A stretch of DNA of 64,000 nt from Candidatus Accumulibacter sp. 66-26 (GTDB lineage: Bacteria > Pseudomonadota > Gammaproteobacteria > Burkholderiales > Rhodocyclaceae), in the NCBI GenBank assembly GCA_001897745.1, contig MKUH01000019.1, forward strand, positions 250,332-314,331, read 5' to 3'. The notes under the pieces are model-generated. The model was not told where the DNA came from. It saw only the letters and a program-made list of their open reading frames with translations, and did no database searches. Of the stretch, positions 46,745 to 56,019 are shown piece after piece. Position 1 is the first letter of the stretch; each line of letters starts with the position of its first letter. The translations under genes were made by a program, and so were the position numbers.

Positions 46745-47641
46745 ATGAACGAAGTATCCGACCTCGCCTTTTTCGTCCGCCTCGTGCAGTGCGGCAGCCT
46801 CACCGCGACGGCGCAGGAGTTGGGCGTCACGCCGCCGGCCGTCAGCCGGCGGCTGGCCGCGCTCGAACGGCGGCTCGGCGTGCGCCTGCTCAACCGCACG
46901 ACGCGCTCGCTGGGCGCGACGCCGGAAGGCGAACGCTATCTCGAACAGGCGCGGCGCATCCTCGACGACATCGGCGAACTCGAACGCGAACTGGCCGGTA
47001 GCCGCTCGGAACCGCAGGGGCTGCTGCGCGTGAACACCAGCTTCGGCTTCGGGCGGCGGCTCATCGCGCCGCTCGTCTCGGATTTCGTGCGCCGCCATCC
47101 GAAAGTCGAAATCCAGCTGCAGCTCACCGACCGCATCCCGCCGCTCACCGACGCCGCCTTCGACGTCAGCATCCGCTTCGGGCGGCCGCCCGATTCGCGC
47201 CTCTACGCGCGCCGCCTGCTGACCAACCACCGCGTGCTGTGCGCGGCGCCGGCCTATCTCGACGCGCACGCGCCGATCGCAACGCCGAAGGATCTCGCCC
47301 GCCACGCCTGCATCGTGATCCGCGAGAACGAAGCGGCCTACGGCAGCTGGCAGCTGTTCGCCGCCGACGACGACAAGCGCCGGGAGACGGTGAAGGTCGG
47401 CGGGGCGCTGTCGAGCAACGACGGCGAGACCGCCGTCAAGTGGGCGCTCGCAGGCCACGGCGTGCTGCTGCGTTCGCTGTGGGACATCGCCGGCGAGCTC
47501 GCGGCCGGCCGCCTGCGCCGCGTGCTGCCCGGCTGGCAGTCGGCGCCAGCCGACGTCTACGCGCTCTACCCGGAGCGCATGCACCTCTCGGCCAAGGTGC
47601 GCGCCTTCGTCGACTTTCTCGGCGAGCGGATTCCGGCTTAG
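46745..47641 (+). CDS. LysR-family transcriptional regulator
   Basis: 298 aa with wHTH FFVRLVQCGSLTATAQELGVTPPAVSRRLAALE. It is divergent from the second TSUP gene. Confidence 0.9.
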   Translation: MNEVSDLAFFVRLVQCGSLTATAQELGVTPPAVSRRLAALERRLGVRLLNRTTRSLGATPEGERYLEQARRILDDIGELERELAGSRSEPQGLLRVNTSFGFGRRLIAPLVSDFVRRHPKVEIQLQLTDRIPPLTDAAFDVSIRFGRPPDSRLYARRLLTNHRVLCAAPAYLDAHAPIATPKDLARHACIVIRENEAAYGSWQLFAADDDKRRETVKVGGALSSNDGETAVKWALAGHGVLLRSLWDIAGELAAGRLRRVLPGWQSAPADVYALYPERMHLSAKVRAFVDFLGERIPA

Positions 47642-47655
47642 GTTTTGAACCCCGC

Positions 47656-48555
47656 CTACTTGCCGGCCGGGCGACGGCCGCGCGCCGTTTCGAGGTGGCG
47701 GCAGAGCTGCTCGGCGCCGTCGAGCAGGCGCGGCGTGTGGCGCTGGATCAGTTCGGGCGGCACGAAGAACAGGTTGTCGCGCGCGACCGCGGTGACCGAC
47801 GTCCAGCGCTTCCAGTCGTCGAGCCACTCGGGACGCGAATCGCCCATGCCGCTGGCGACGATGACCTCGGGATTGGCGGCGATGACGGCCTCGACGGTGA
47901 CGGTCGGCGCCATCGTCGCGAGTTGGCCGAAGACGTTCTCGCCGCCGCACAGGCGGATCGCGTCGCTGATGATCTGCGGCGCGCCGACGGTCATCAGCGG
48001 CTGTTTCCAGATCTGGTAGAAGGTGCGCACCTTGGGGCGGCCCGAGTAGCGCGCGCGCAGTCCGTCGAGGCGCGCGCGGAAGCCGGCGACGACCGGCGCC
48101 GCGCTGTCCTGGACGCCGGCCAGACGGGCGAAGCGTTCGAGCGTGCCGGCGATGTCGTCGATGCGATTCGGCTGCGTCACGTAGAGCGGCAGGCCGAGCG
48201 CGCGCAGCTTTTCGACGTGCGCCTTCGAGTTGCCGCTTTCCCAGGCGATCACGAGGTCGGGCTTCTGCGCAGCGATCGCTTCGAGGTCGAGGCGCGAGTA
48301 GCCGCCGACGCGCGGCAGCTTCTGCGCCGCTGCCGGGTAGTCGCTGTAATCGACGGTGGCGGCGATGCGCTCGCCGGCGCCGATGGCGAACAGGCTCTCG
48401 GTGACGTGCGGTGCCAGGCTGACGATGTGTCTGGCCGGCTGCGCGAGGCGCACGACGACGCCGGTATCATCGGTGACGACGACGTCGGCGTGCGCCGTTT
48501 GAGCGAGGGCGGCGAGGCCGAGCAGGGCGGCGGCGAGGAGTTGCGGAGGCTTCAT
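47656..48555 (-). CDS. btuF: periplasmic cobalamin-binding protein
   Basis: 299 aa with a signal peptide and a class III PBP (IVSLAPHVTESLFAIGAG...DLVIAW). Genomic context is the cob genes. Confidence 0.82.
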   Translation of the reverse strand: MKPPQLLAAALLGLAALAQTAHADVVVTDDTGVVVRLAQPARHIVSLAPHVTESLFAIGAGERIAATVDYSDYPAAAQKLPRVGGYSRLDLEAIAAQKPDLVIAWESGNSKAHVEKLRALGLPLYVTQPNRIDDIAGTLERFARLAGVQDSAAPVVAGFRARLDGLRARYSGRPKVRTFYQIWKQPLMTVGAPQIISDAIRLCGGENVFGQLATMAPTVTVEAVIAANPEVIVASGMGDSRPEWLDDWKRWTSVTAVARDNLFFVPPELIQRHTPRLLDGAEQLCRHLETARGRRPAGK

Positions 48556-48682
48556 GGTCTCTTTCCGGAAGGTTTCAGGCGCCCGCGGCGCGGCGCGTGA
48601 GGAGACGCCGGGCGCACGGAGAAATCAGGGCTTTTCCGTGCGCCGAACGGCTCCGTGCGCGGCGTGCCGCGAGCGGATTGCA

Positions 48683-49708
48683 TCACTGCGCAGCCCGCCA
48701 TTCGTCGAGCGCGCGGGTCAGGCGCTGCCAGCCGGCTTCGTCGCCGGGCAGGCCGAAGCGCAGCAGGCCGTGGTCGGCGAAGCGGCGCACGAGGATGGCG
48801 CGCCGCGCGAGGTGTTCGTAGAGCGCATCGGCCTGCGCCGTGGCGAACGTGGCGAACAGCGCGCAGGCGTGCACGTCGGCGCCGTTTTCGCCTTCGCCGA
48901 ACGGCGCGAGCAGCGCGGCGAGGCGTTCGCCGGCGGCGGTCAGCGCGCGCCGCGCCGCGGCCTGCCAGACCGTGTCCTCAAGCGCATGGCGCGCCGCCGC
49001 GCGCGCCGGGCCGGAGAGCGGCCACGGGCCGAGCGCTTCGCGCAGGCGGTCGAGCTTTTCCGCGGCGCCGAAGACGAAGCCGACGCGCGCGCCGGCCAGC
49101 CCGAAGAACTTGCCGAGCGAGCGCAGGACGATCAGATTCGGCGCCTCGGGCGTTCCGGCGCAGGGCGTCACGCAGTCGTCCGGGCGGTCGTCGGCGAAAG
49201 CCTCGTCGACGATCAGCCAGCCGCCGCGCCGGTGCAGCTGCGCGGCTGCGGCGAGCAGTTCGGCGCGCGACAGGCGGCCGGCGCTCGGATTGTTCGGGTT
49301 GCACAACACGACGTTCGGCGTCGCCGCGCCCAGCGCGCGCGCCAGCGCCGCGCCGGGGCTGCCGCCGTGCAGGCGGCGCAGCTTGTGTCCGGCGCGCGCC
49401 CAGGCCTGCGGGTGCTCCTCGTAGAGCGGCGCCAGGCAGGCGACGGCGGCCGGCGCGAAGAAGGCCGGCAGCAGCTGGATCGCCGCCTGCGAGCCGGGCA
49501 GGGCGAGCAGGCGGTGGTTGCCGTAATAGGCGGCGGCCGCCGCCTCCAGACCGTCATCGTCCTCCGGCAGGCGCTGCCAGCAGACGGGGTCGAGCGGCGG
49601 CACCGGGTAGCCTTGCGGGTTGATGCCGGTCGACAGATCGAGCCAGTCGGCGAGCGGGATGCCGTAAGCCTGCGCCGCGGCGCGCAGGCGGCCGCCGTGC
49701 TCAAGCAC
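48683..49708 (-). CDS. cobD: threonine-phosphate decarboxylase (aminotransferase class I/II fold)
   Basis: 341 aa with a GTG start, an N-terminal HGG motif (MLEHGGRL) and LDLSTGINP. It overlaps the cbiB stop. Confidence 0.85.
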   Translation of the reverse strand: MLEHGGRLRAAAQAYGIPLADWLDLSTGINPQGYPVPPLDPVCWQRLPEDDDGLEAAAAAYYGNHRLLALPGSQAAIQLLPAFFAPAAVACLAPLYEEHPQAWARAGHKLRRLHGGSPGAALARALGAATPNVVLCNPNNPSAGRLSRAELLAAAAQLHRRGGWLIVDEAFADDRPDDCVTPCAGTPEAPNLIVLRSLGKFFGLAGARVGFVFGAAEKLDRLREALGPWPLSGPARAAARHALEDTVWQAAARRALTAAGERLAALLAPFGEGENGADVHACALFATFATAQADALYEHLARRAILVRRFADHGLLRFGLPGDEAGWQRLTRALDEWRAAQ

Positions 49709-50666
49709 GCGCCACGCCCAGGCAGAGCAGGAGCGTGAGCCACAGCGCGAGGCTGCGGCGCACGAGACGGAGCACGCGCGCGATGTCGGGCGCGGCGGCC
49801 GGCCGGCCTTCGCCGAGCGGCGGGCGCTCCTCGACGCGGCCGTGGTAGATCGCCGCGCCGCCCAGCGCGACGCCGAGGCTGCCGGCGCCGGCGGCCATCA
49901 CCGGGCCGGCGTTCGGGCTGTCCCAGGCTGGCGCCTGCGCCCGCCAGCAGGCGAGCGCGCGGCGCGTGCGCCCGAAGAGCGCGTAGGAGAGGGCGGTCAG
50001 GCGCGCCGGGACGTAGTTGAGCGCATCGTCGAGACGCGCCGCGGCCCAGCCGAAGTGACGCAGGCGCTCGGTCCGGTAGCCCCACATCGCGTCGAGCGTA
50101 TTGGCCAGGCGGAAGAGCACGGCGCCCGGCCCGCCGAGCAGCGCGAACCAGAACAGCGCGCCGAACACGGCGTCGTTGCCGTTCTCCAGCGTCGATTCGA
50201 CGCAGGCCTTGGCGACGCCGGACGCATCCAGCTCGCGCGTGTCGCGCGAAACCATCCAGCCGACGTGTTCGCGCGCCGCGGCGAGATCGCCCGCGGCGAG
50301 GTCGGCGGCGACGCGCTGCGCGTGCTCGGCGAGCGCCCGCCCGCCGAGCGCGAAATACAGCAGGAGGGCATGCACCGCCCAGCCGATGCGGTTGTCCGGC
50401 GTCGCCCAGACGGCCAGCGCGACGAAGGGGAGGACGATCAGACACCAGGCCAGAACGCCGCCGGCACGCCGCACGACGCCCGCCGAGCCGCGGTTGAACA
50501 GGCGCTCGGCGGCCTGCGCCAGACGACCGAAACCGACCAGCGGATGCCAGCGCGCCGGCTCGCCGAAGGCGCGGTCGAGCGCGACGGCGGCCAGCGCGGC
50601 GAGCGGCAGCCAGAGCGCCAGCGGCACGTTGGCCGAGAATAGTTGCGGGGAAAAAATGGGCGACAT
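49701..50666 (-). CDS. cbiB: adenosylcobinamide-phosphate synthase
   Basis: 321-aa membrane ORF with the [17 protein letters not shown] family motif. A GTG at 50627 is a possible alternative start. Confidence 0.88.
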   Translation of the reverse strand: MSPIFSPQLFSANVPLALWLPLAALAAVALDRAFGEPARWHPLVGFGRLAQAAERLFNRGSAGVVRRAGGVLAWCLIVLPFVALAVWATPDNRIGWAVHALLLYFALGGRALAEHAQRVAADLAAGDLAAAREHVGWMVSRDTRELDASGVAKACVESTLENGNDAVFGALFWFALLGGPGAVLFRLANTLDAMWGYRTERLRHFGWAAARLDDALNYVPARLTALSYALFGRTRRALACWRAQAPAWDSPNAGPVMAAGAGSLGVALGGAAIYHGRVEERPPLGEGRPAAAPDIARVLRLVRRSLALWLTLLLCLGVARA

Positions 50667-50850
50667 GCGAGAATTGCCGGCGCTCGGCCACCAGCCGGCC
50701 GAGAAGGCCCCAGAAATGTTCAGGAAGCCCGGATTTTACGATGTTTCAATCCACGCCCGTTAGCGGACAAAACGGCATGAAAGCGCTTGCGCCTCTTCCA
50801 TGCGCGATCATCTCGTTGAAGGGCTTGGCTTCCAACCGGAGTTGGTTTCG

Positions 50851-52419
50851 ATGAATAAGCCCCCCATCGGCCTTTCGGCCGCTCAATCCGACGATTGCAA
50901 CGATGTCGACGATGCCAGCGCGGCCCGCCCGCCCGGCGCCGCCCCCGGCCTGATGGTGCAGGGCTGCACCTCGGACGCCGGCAAGAGCACGCTGGTCGCC
51001 GCCCTCTGCCGCATCCTGCACCGGCGCGGCGTGCGCGTCGCGCCGTTCAAGCCGCAGAACATGGCGCTCAACTCGGCGGTCACCGTCGACGGCGGCGAGA
51101 TCGGCCGCGCGCAGGCGCTGCAGGCGCTGGCCGCCGGCCTCGCGCCGCACACCGACTTCAACCCGGTGCTGCTCAAGCCGGCCACCGACAAGCGCGCGCA
51201 GGTCATCATCCACGGCCGCGCGCTCAGCGACCTCGACGCGCGCGCCTATCACGAGTACAAACCGCGCGCGATGCGCGCCGTGCTCGAATCCTGGGACCGC
51301 CTGTGCGCGCAGTACGACTGCGTCGTCGTCGAAGGCGCCGGCAGCCCGGCCGAGATCAATCTGCGCGACCGCGACATCGCCAACATGGGCTTCGCCGAGG
51401 CCGTCGACTGCCCGGTCATCCTGATCGCCGACATCGACCGCGGCGGCGTCTTCGCGCACCTCGTCGGCACGCTCGACCTGCTCTCGGAATCCGAGCGCGC
51501 GCGCGTCAAGGGCTTCGTCATCAACCGCTTCCGCGGCGACATCGGCCTGCTCGAATCCGGCCTGCGCTGGCTTGAGGAACGCACCGGCAAACCGGTGCTC
51601 GGCGTGCTGCCCTACCTGCACGGCCTTTACCTCGACGCCGAAGACGCCGTGCCGCGCGGCGCGGAGAAAAAGGCGGCGGCGAAACTGCGCGTCGTCGCAC
51701 CGGCCTACCCGCGCATGTCCAACCACAACGACCTCGATCCGCTGCGCTTCCACCCCGAGGTCGATTTCCGCTTTGTCGGCCCCAACGAAACGCCGCCGGG
51801 TGGCGACAACGGCTGCGACGTCATCGTCCTGCCCGGCTCCAAGGCGGTGCAGGCCGATCTCGCCTGGCTGCGCGAGATGGGCTGGGAGGACGCGATCCGC
51901 CGCCACCTGCGCTACGGCGGCAAGCTGATCGGCGTCTGCGGCGGCCTGCAGATGCTCGGCCGCGCGCTGCACGACCCGCACGGGCTGGAAGGCGCGCCGC
52001 GCAGCGCGGCCGGCCTCGGCCTGCTCGACTACGAAACGACGCTGGAAGCAGAGAAGACGCTGGAGAACGTGAGCGGCACGCTGGCGCTGCCCGGCGCGCC
52101 GGCGCTCAAAGGCTACGAAATCCACATGGGCGTGACGCGCGGACCGGCGCTGCAGAAGCCGGCGGCGCACCTCGGCGGCCGACCGGACGGCGCGCTTTCG
52201 GACGACGGACAGATTCTCGCCACCTACTGCCACGGCCTGTTCGACGAACCGGCGGCGCTCGATGCGCTGCTGACCTGGGCCGGTCATGCGCCGAGCGCGA
52301 GCTTCGACGCCGGCGCGCGGCGCGAAGCGGACCTCGACCGGCTGGCCGACGCGGTCGAAGCAAATCTGGACCTGCGCCGGCTGGCCGGTTTTTTCCCGGC
52401 GCTGTCGACGCGGGACTGA
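50851..52419 (+). CDS. cobQ: cobyric acid synthase
   Basis: The ATG at 50851 follows GGAG. It has an ATPase motif ([15 protein letters not shown]) and a C-terminal GATase ([10 protein letters not shown]). ATGs at 50800 and 50953 are alternatives. Confidence 0.9.
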   Translation: MNKPPIGLSAAQSDDCNDVDDASAARPPGAAPGLMVQGCTSDAGKSTLVAALCRILHRRGVRVAPFKPQNMALNSAVTVDGGEIGRAQALQALAAGLAPHTDFNPVLLKPATDKRAQVIIHGRALSDLDARAYHEYKPRAMRAVLESWDRLCAQYDCVVVEGAGSPAEINLRDRDIANMGFAEAVDCPVILIADIDRGGVFAHLVGTLDLLSESERARVKGFVINRFRGDIGLLESGLRWLEERTGKPVLGVLPYLHGLYLDAEDAVPRGAEKKAAAKLRVVAPAYPRMSNHNDLDPLRFHPEVDFRFVGPNETPPGGDNGCDVIVLPGSKAVQADLAWLREMGWEDAIRRHLRYGGKLIGVCGGLQMLGRALHDPHGLEGAPRSAAGLGLLDYETTLEAEKTLENVSGTLALPGAPALKGYEIHMGVTRGPALQKPAAHLGGRPDGALSDDGQILATYCHGLFDEPAALDALLTWAGHAPSASFDAGARREADLDRLADAVEANLDLRRLAGFFPALSTRD

Positions 52420-52458
52420 CGACGGAGGATCGCGGGCAGAAACTGCCCGCGGATCTGC

Positions 52459-52911
52459 TTACTCGCCGCGCACCAGCAGCAGCGAGGTGCCGGCCTTGCG
52501 CACCAGGCGCTCGGCGACGCTGCCGACGAAGTAGCGTTCCATGCCGCGCCGGCCGTGCGTGCCGACGACGAGCAGATCGGCCTGCCACTCCGCCGAGGTG
52601 TCGGCGAGCATGTCGGAGACGTGCTTCTGCTCCGACTCGACGAGCTTGATCTCGACTTCGACGCCGGCCGCGCGGGCGGTGTCCGCGGCCTTGCCGAGGA
52701 AGCCCTGGGCGCCGAGGCGCAAGCGGTACTCGGCCTTGCCGACGCTGTTCGGCATCATCATCTCGACTTCGCGATTGGCGAAAATCGTCTCGTCGATGGC
52801 GTGGCAGATCGCCAGCTTGGCGCCGTTGCTCTTGGCGATCTCGATGGCGGTGCCGAGCACCTTGTTGGTCATGAAGCTCTCATCCACCGCAACCATGATC
52901 CGCTTGTACAT
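52459..52911 (-). CDS. universal stress protein (UspA family)
   Basis: 150 aa with KRIMVAVDES and the C-terminal ATP-binding-type motif VVGTHGRRGMERYFVGSVAE. GAGGAG precedes the start. Confidence 0.88.
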   Translation of the reverse strand: MYKRIMVAVDESFMTNKVLGTAIEIAKSNGAKLAICHAIDETIFANREVEMMMPNSVGKAEYRLRLGAQGFLGKAADTARAAGVEVEIKLVESEQKHVSDMLADTSAEWQADLLVVGTHGRRGMERYFVGSVAERLVRKAGTSLLLVRGE

Positions 52912-52989
52912 TGTTTGGTCTCCTCGTTTAGCAAGTTGTCAGACAACCTGAACAATACCATTCGTTGCGCATCATGCAAATATCAAGCG

Positions 52990-53535
52990 CTATTTGAGCG
53001 CCAGCGGCAAACCGGCGGCGACCAGCGTCACCCGCTCGCAGACCGCTGCGACGCGCTGGTTCAGGCGCCCCTGCTCGTCGGCGAACAGGCGCGACAGCGC
53101 GGCCATCGGCACGATGCCCCAGCCGACCTCGTTGGAAACGACGATGACGCGCCCGGGCAGCTCCGGCAGCGTATCGACCAGCGCCTGCAGTTCGCCGTGG
53201 AACAGCGGACAGGTGACGGCCTCGCCGGCCTCGGCCTGGCGCGCGGCGGCGCCGGCGAAGAGCAGGTTGGACAGCCACAGGGTCAGGCAATCGACGAGCA
53301 AGCAGACGTCGGGCGTGGCGTGCCGGCGCAGGGTCGCGGCCAGATCGAGCGGCGCCTCGACGAGGCCCCAGTCGGCCGGCCGGCGCGCCCGGTGGTGCTC
53401 GATGCGGCGCGCCATCTCGCCGTCGCCGGCCCGTGCGGTGGCGACGTAAACGACCCGCAAACCGCTCTCCAGGGCGCGCTGTTCGGCGAGGCGGCTCTTG
53501 CCCGAACGGGCGCCGCCGAGGATCAGTTCTCTCAT
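52990..53535 (-). CDS. cobU: adenosylcobinamide kinase / adenosylcobinamide-phosphate guanylyltransferase
   Basis: 181 aa with the P-loop GGARSGKS and a CobU/CobP-like layout. Confidence 0.9.
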   Translation of the reverse strand: MRELILGGARSGKSRLAEQRALESGLRVVYVATARAGDGEMARRIEHHRARRPADWGLVEAPLDLAATLRRHATPDVCLLVDCLTLWLSNLLFAGAAARQAEAGEAVTCPLFHGELQALVDTLPELPGRVIVVSNEVGWGIVPMAALSRLFADEQGRLNQRVAAVCERVTLVAAGLPLALK

Positions 53536-53614
53536 GGGTCAAAGCTTAGCACGCAGGGCGGAAGCGTATAATTCGCGGCTTTCCCGCACCGCGCCTCCAA
53601 GGCCCCACCTCGCC

Positions 53615-54679
53615 ATGCGCTTCTCCGTCGCTTCGCCCGATACCGCCATCGCGCCCGCCCTGCGCGCCAAGATCGATCAGAAGACCAAACCGCTCGGCGC
53701 GCTCGGCGCGCTCGAAAGACTCGCGCTGCAAATCGGCCTCGTGCAGCAGACGCTGACGCCGGATCTCGGCGACCCCACCCTGCTCGTCTTCGCCGGCGAC
53801 CACGGTGCGGCCAAGGCCGGCGTTTCGGCCTACCCGCAGGACGTGACCTGGCAGATGGTCGAGAACTTCCTCGCCGGCGGCGCCGCGATCAACGTTTTCG
53901 CGCGCCACAACGGCCTGTGCCTGCAGGTCGTCGATTGCGGCGTCGCGCACGACTTCGGCGCGCGCGCCGGCCTGATCGACGCCAAGGTGGCGCCCGGCAC
54001 GCAGAACTACATCGAGCGGCCGGCGATGAGCGCCGGCGAGCGCGACGCGGCGCTCGCCAAGGGCGCCGAGATCGCGCACCGCCTCGCCGACGCCGGCTGC
54101 AAGGTGCTCGGCTTCGGCGAAATGGGCATCGGCAACACGGCCGCCGCCTCGCTGATCACGCATTGCCTGACGGGAACGCCGCTCGCCGAGTGCATCGGGC
54201 GCGGCACCGGCCTCGACGACGCCGGCCTGCTGCGCAAGCGCGAGCTGCTGGCTCGCGCGCTGGCCCGCATTCCCGCCTGCGCGCAGCGCCCGGCCGACGG
54301 TGACGCAGCGCGACACGCGCTCGACGTGCTCGCCGAATTCGGCGGCTTCGAGATCGTCACGATGGCCGGCGCGATGCTGGCCGGCGCCGAGCGCGGCATG
54401 CTGCTGCTCAGCGACGGCTTCATCGTCGGCGCGGCGCTGCTCGCCGCCGCGCGCATCGCGCCCGAGGTGCGCGACTACGCGGTCTTCTGCCATCGCTCGG
54501 CGGAGCCGGGCCATCTCGCGCAGCTGCACGACCTGCAGGGCGAGGCGCTGCTCGATCTCGGCCTGCGCCTCGGCGAAGGCACCGGCGCGGCGCTCGCATG
54601 GCCGCTGGTGCGCGGCGCGGCGGCCTTCCTCAACGAGATGGCGAGCTTCGCCGCGGCCGGCGTCGACGAGAAGCTGTGA
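53615..54679 (+). CDS. cobT: nicotinate-nucleotide--dimethylbenzimidazole phosphoribosyltransferase
   Basis: 354 aa from MRFSVASP with [12 protein letters not shown] and GEMGIGNTA motifs. Confidence 0.92.
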   Translation: MRFSVASPDTAIAPALRAKIDQKTKPLGALGALERLALQIGLVQQTLTPDLGDPTLLVFAGDHGAAKAGVSAYPQDVTWQMVENFLAGGAAINVFARHNGLCLQVVDCGVAHDFGARAGLIDAKVAPGTQNYIERPAMSAGERDAALAKGAEIAHRLADAGCKVLGFGEMGIGNTAAASLITHCLTGTPLAECIGRGTGLDDAGLLRKRELLARALARIPACAQRPADGDAARHALDVLAEFGGFEIVTMAGAMLAGAERGMLLLSDGFIVGAALLAAARIAPEVRDYAVFCHRSAEPGHLAQLHDLQGEALLDLGLRLGEGTGAALAWPLVRGAAAFLNEMASFAAAGVDEKL

Positions 54680-55461
54680 GCACGCCGCCGAGCAGCCGCC
54701 TGCGCGCCGAGGCCGAGTACTTTCTCGGCGCCGTCCGCTTCTTCACGCGCCTGCCGGTGCCGACCTGGGTCGGCCACAGCGACGAGGCGCTGAACAGGGC
54801 GGCGCGCTATTTCCCGGCGGTCGGCCTGGTCGTCGGCACGCTCGCCGCGCTCGCTTTCGCGCTGTGCTCGCTGTTCTGGCCGAAGACGCTGGCCGTGCTC
54901 GCCGCGATGGCGTGCACGCTGTACGTCACCGGCGCCTTCCACGAGGACGGCTGGAGCGATATGGTCGACGGCTTCGGCGGCGGCTGGGAGAAAGCGCAGG
55001 TCCTGAACATCATGAAGGACTCGCGCATCGGTAGCTTCGGCGCCGTGGCGCTGATCATGATGCTGCTCGGCAAGTTCTGCGCGCTGATCGAACTCGAACT
55101 GACGACCATCCCCGCCGCGCTGATCGCCGGCCACACGCTGTCGCGCTTCTGCGCGACGACGCTGATGCACCGCCTCGACTACGTGCGCGACGAGGGCAAG
55201 GCGAAGCCGCTGGCGACGCGCATCGGCGCGCGCGAGCTGGCGCTGGCCGGCGCCACGACGCTGCTCGGCCTTGCGCTCGCGCTCGTCGTGCTGGGGCCGC
55301 TCGCCGTCGCGCTCGGCGTCGCGCTCGCCGCGCTCGCCACCGTCTGGCTGGCGCGCCTCTTCCGGCGCCGCATCGGCGGCTACACCGGCGACTGCCTGGG
55401 CGCCACCCAGCAGCTGGCCGAAGTCGCGTTCTACGGCGGCCTGCTGTGCAGATTTTCCTGA
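54676..55461 (+). CDS. cobS: adenosylcobinamide-GDP ribazoletransferase (cobalamin synthase)
   Basis: The GTG start overlaps the cobT stop (GTGA). It is a membrane ORF with the [15 protein letters not shown] motif. Confidence 0.88.
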   Translation: MSTPPSSRLRAEAEYFLGAVRFFTRLPVPTWVGHSDEALNRAARYFPAVGLVVGTLAALAFALCSLFWPKTLAVLAAMACTLYVTGAFHEDGWSDMVDGFGGGWEKAQVLNIMKDSRIGSFGAVALIMMLLGKFCALIELELTTIPAALIAGHTLSRFCATTLMHRLDYVRDEGKAKPLATRIGARELALAGATTLLGLALALVVLGPLAVALGVALAALATVWLARLFRRRIGGYTGDCLGATQQLAEVAFYGGLLCRFS

Positions 55462-55988
55462 TCCGTCACCCGCGCCCGCTGATCGCCGCGGGCGTCTGCT
55501 ACGGCCGCCTCGACGTGGCGGGCGAAGATCCGCGGGGCGCCGCCGAACGCCTGCGCCCCCTCCTGCCGGCCGGCATCCCGGTCGTCAGCAGCCCGCTGCA
55601 GCGAGCGCAGCGCCTCGCCGAAGCCCTGCACCCGGCGCCGCAGATCGACGCGCGCCTCGCCGAGATCGACTTCGGCGAGTGGGAGGGGCGGCCGTGGACC
55701 GAGATCGATCGATCGCTGCTCGACGCCTGGGCCGCCGACCTGCTCGATTTCACGCCGCCGGGCGGCGAATCGGTCGCCAGCCTGCAGGCGCGCGCCGTCG
55801 AGTGCGCGGCCGCGCTGCGCGGCGATGCCGTCGCCCTGATCACGCACGGCGGCGTCATGCGCGCGCTGCTCGGGCATTGGCTGCAACTGCCGGTCGACGA
55901 GTGGAGCGCACTGAAGTTCGAGTTCGCCAGCGTCACCCTCATCGAACTGACCGCCGGCCGGGCGACGCTGCGCTACGCGAACAGGTAG
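55446..55988 (+). CDS. cobC: histidine phosphatase family protein, alpha-ribazole phosphatase-like
   Basis: 180 aa with a GTG start overlapping cobS by 16 nt. It has an LIRHP catalytic His region and LITHGGVMRAL. Confidence 0.75.
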   Translation: MQIFLIRHPRPLIAAGVCYGRLDVAGEDPRGAAERLRPLLPAGIPVVSSPLQRAQRLAEALHPAPQIDARLAEIDFGEWEGRPWTEIDRSLLDAWAADLLDFTPPGGESVASLQARAVECAAALRGDAVALITHGGVMRALLGHWLQLPVDEWSALKFEFASVTLIELTAGRATLRYANR

Positions 55989-56019
55989 AATCCGGCACAT
56001 CCCAGAAAAACCAGCCTCC

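Noticed and set aside
50628-50850. A complete cobalamin riboswitch on the minus strand upstream of cbiB, based on AAAAUCCGGGCU and CCCCGCAACUAU.
   Set aside because: The two boxes are about 80 nt apart and in the wrong relative arrangement. No GCCACUG, GGGAAGGC or B12 box follows them. They are more likely reverse-complement echoes of the plus-strand fragments.
52948-52989. An FNR/Anr-type box (TTGAT-N4-ATCAA) upstream of uspA, for example TTGATATTTGCATG on the minus strand.
   Set aside because: Only one half-site matches. The second half (GCATG) has at most 1-2 of 5 consensus positions.
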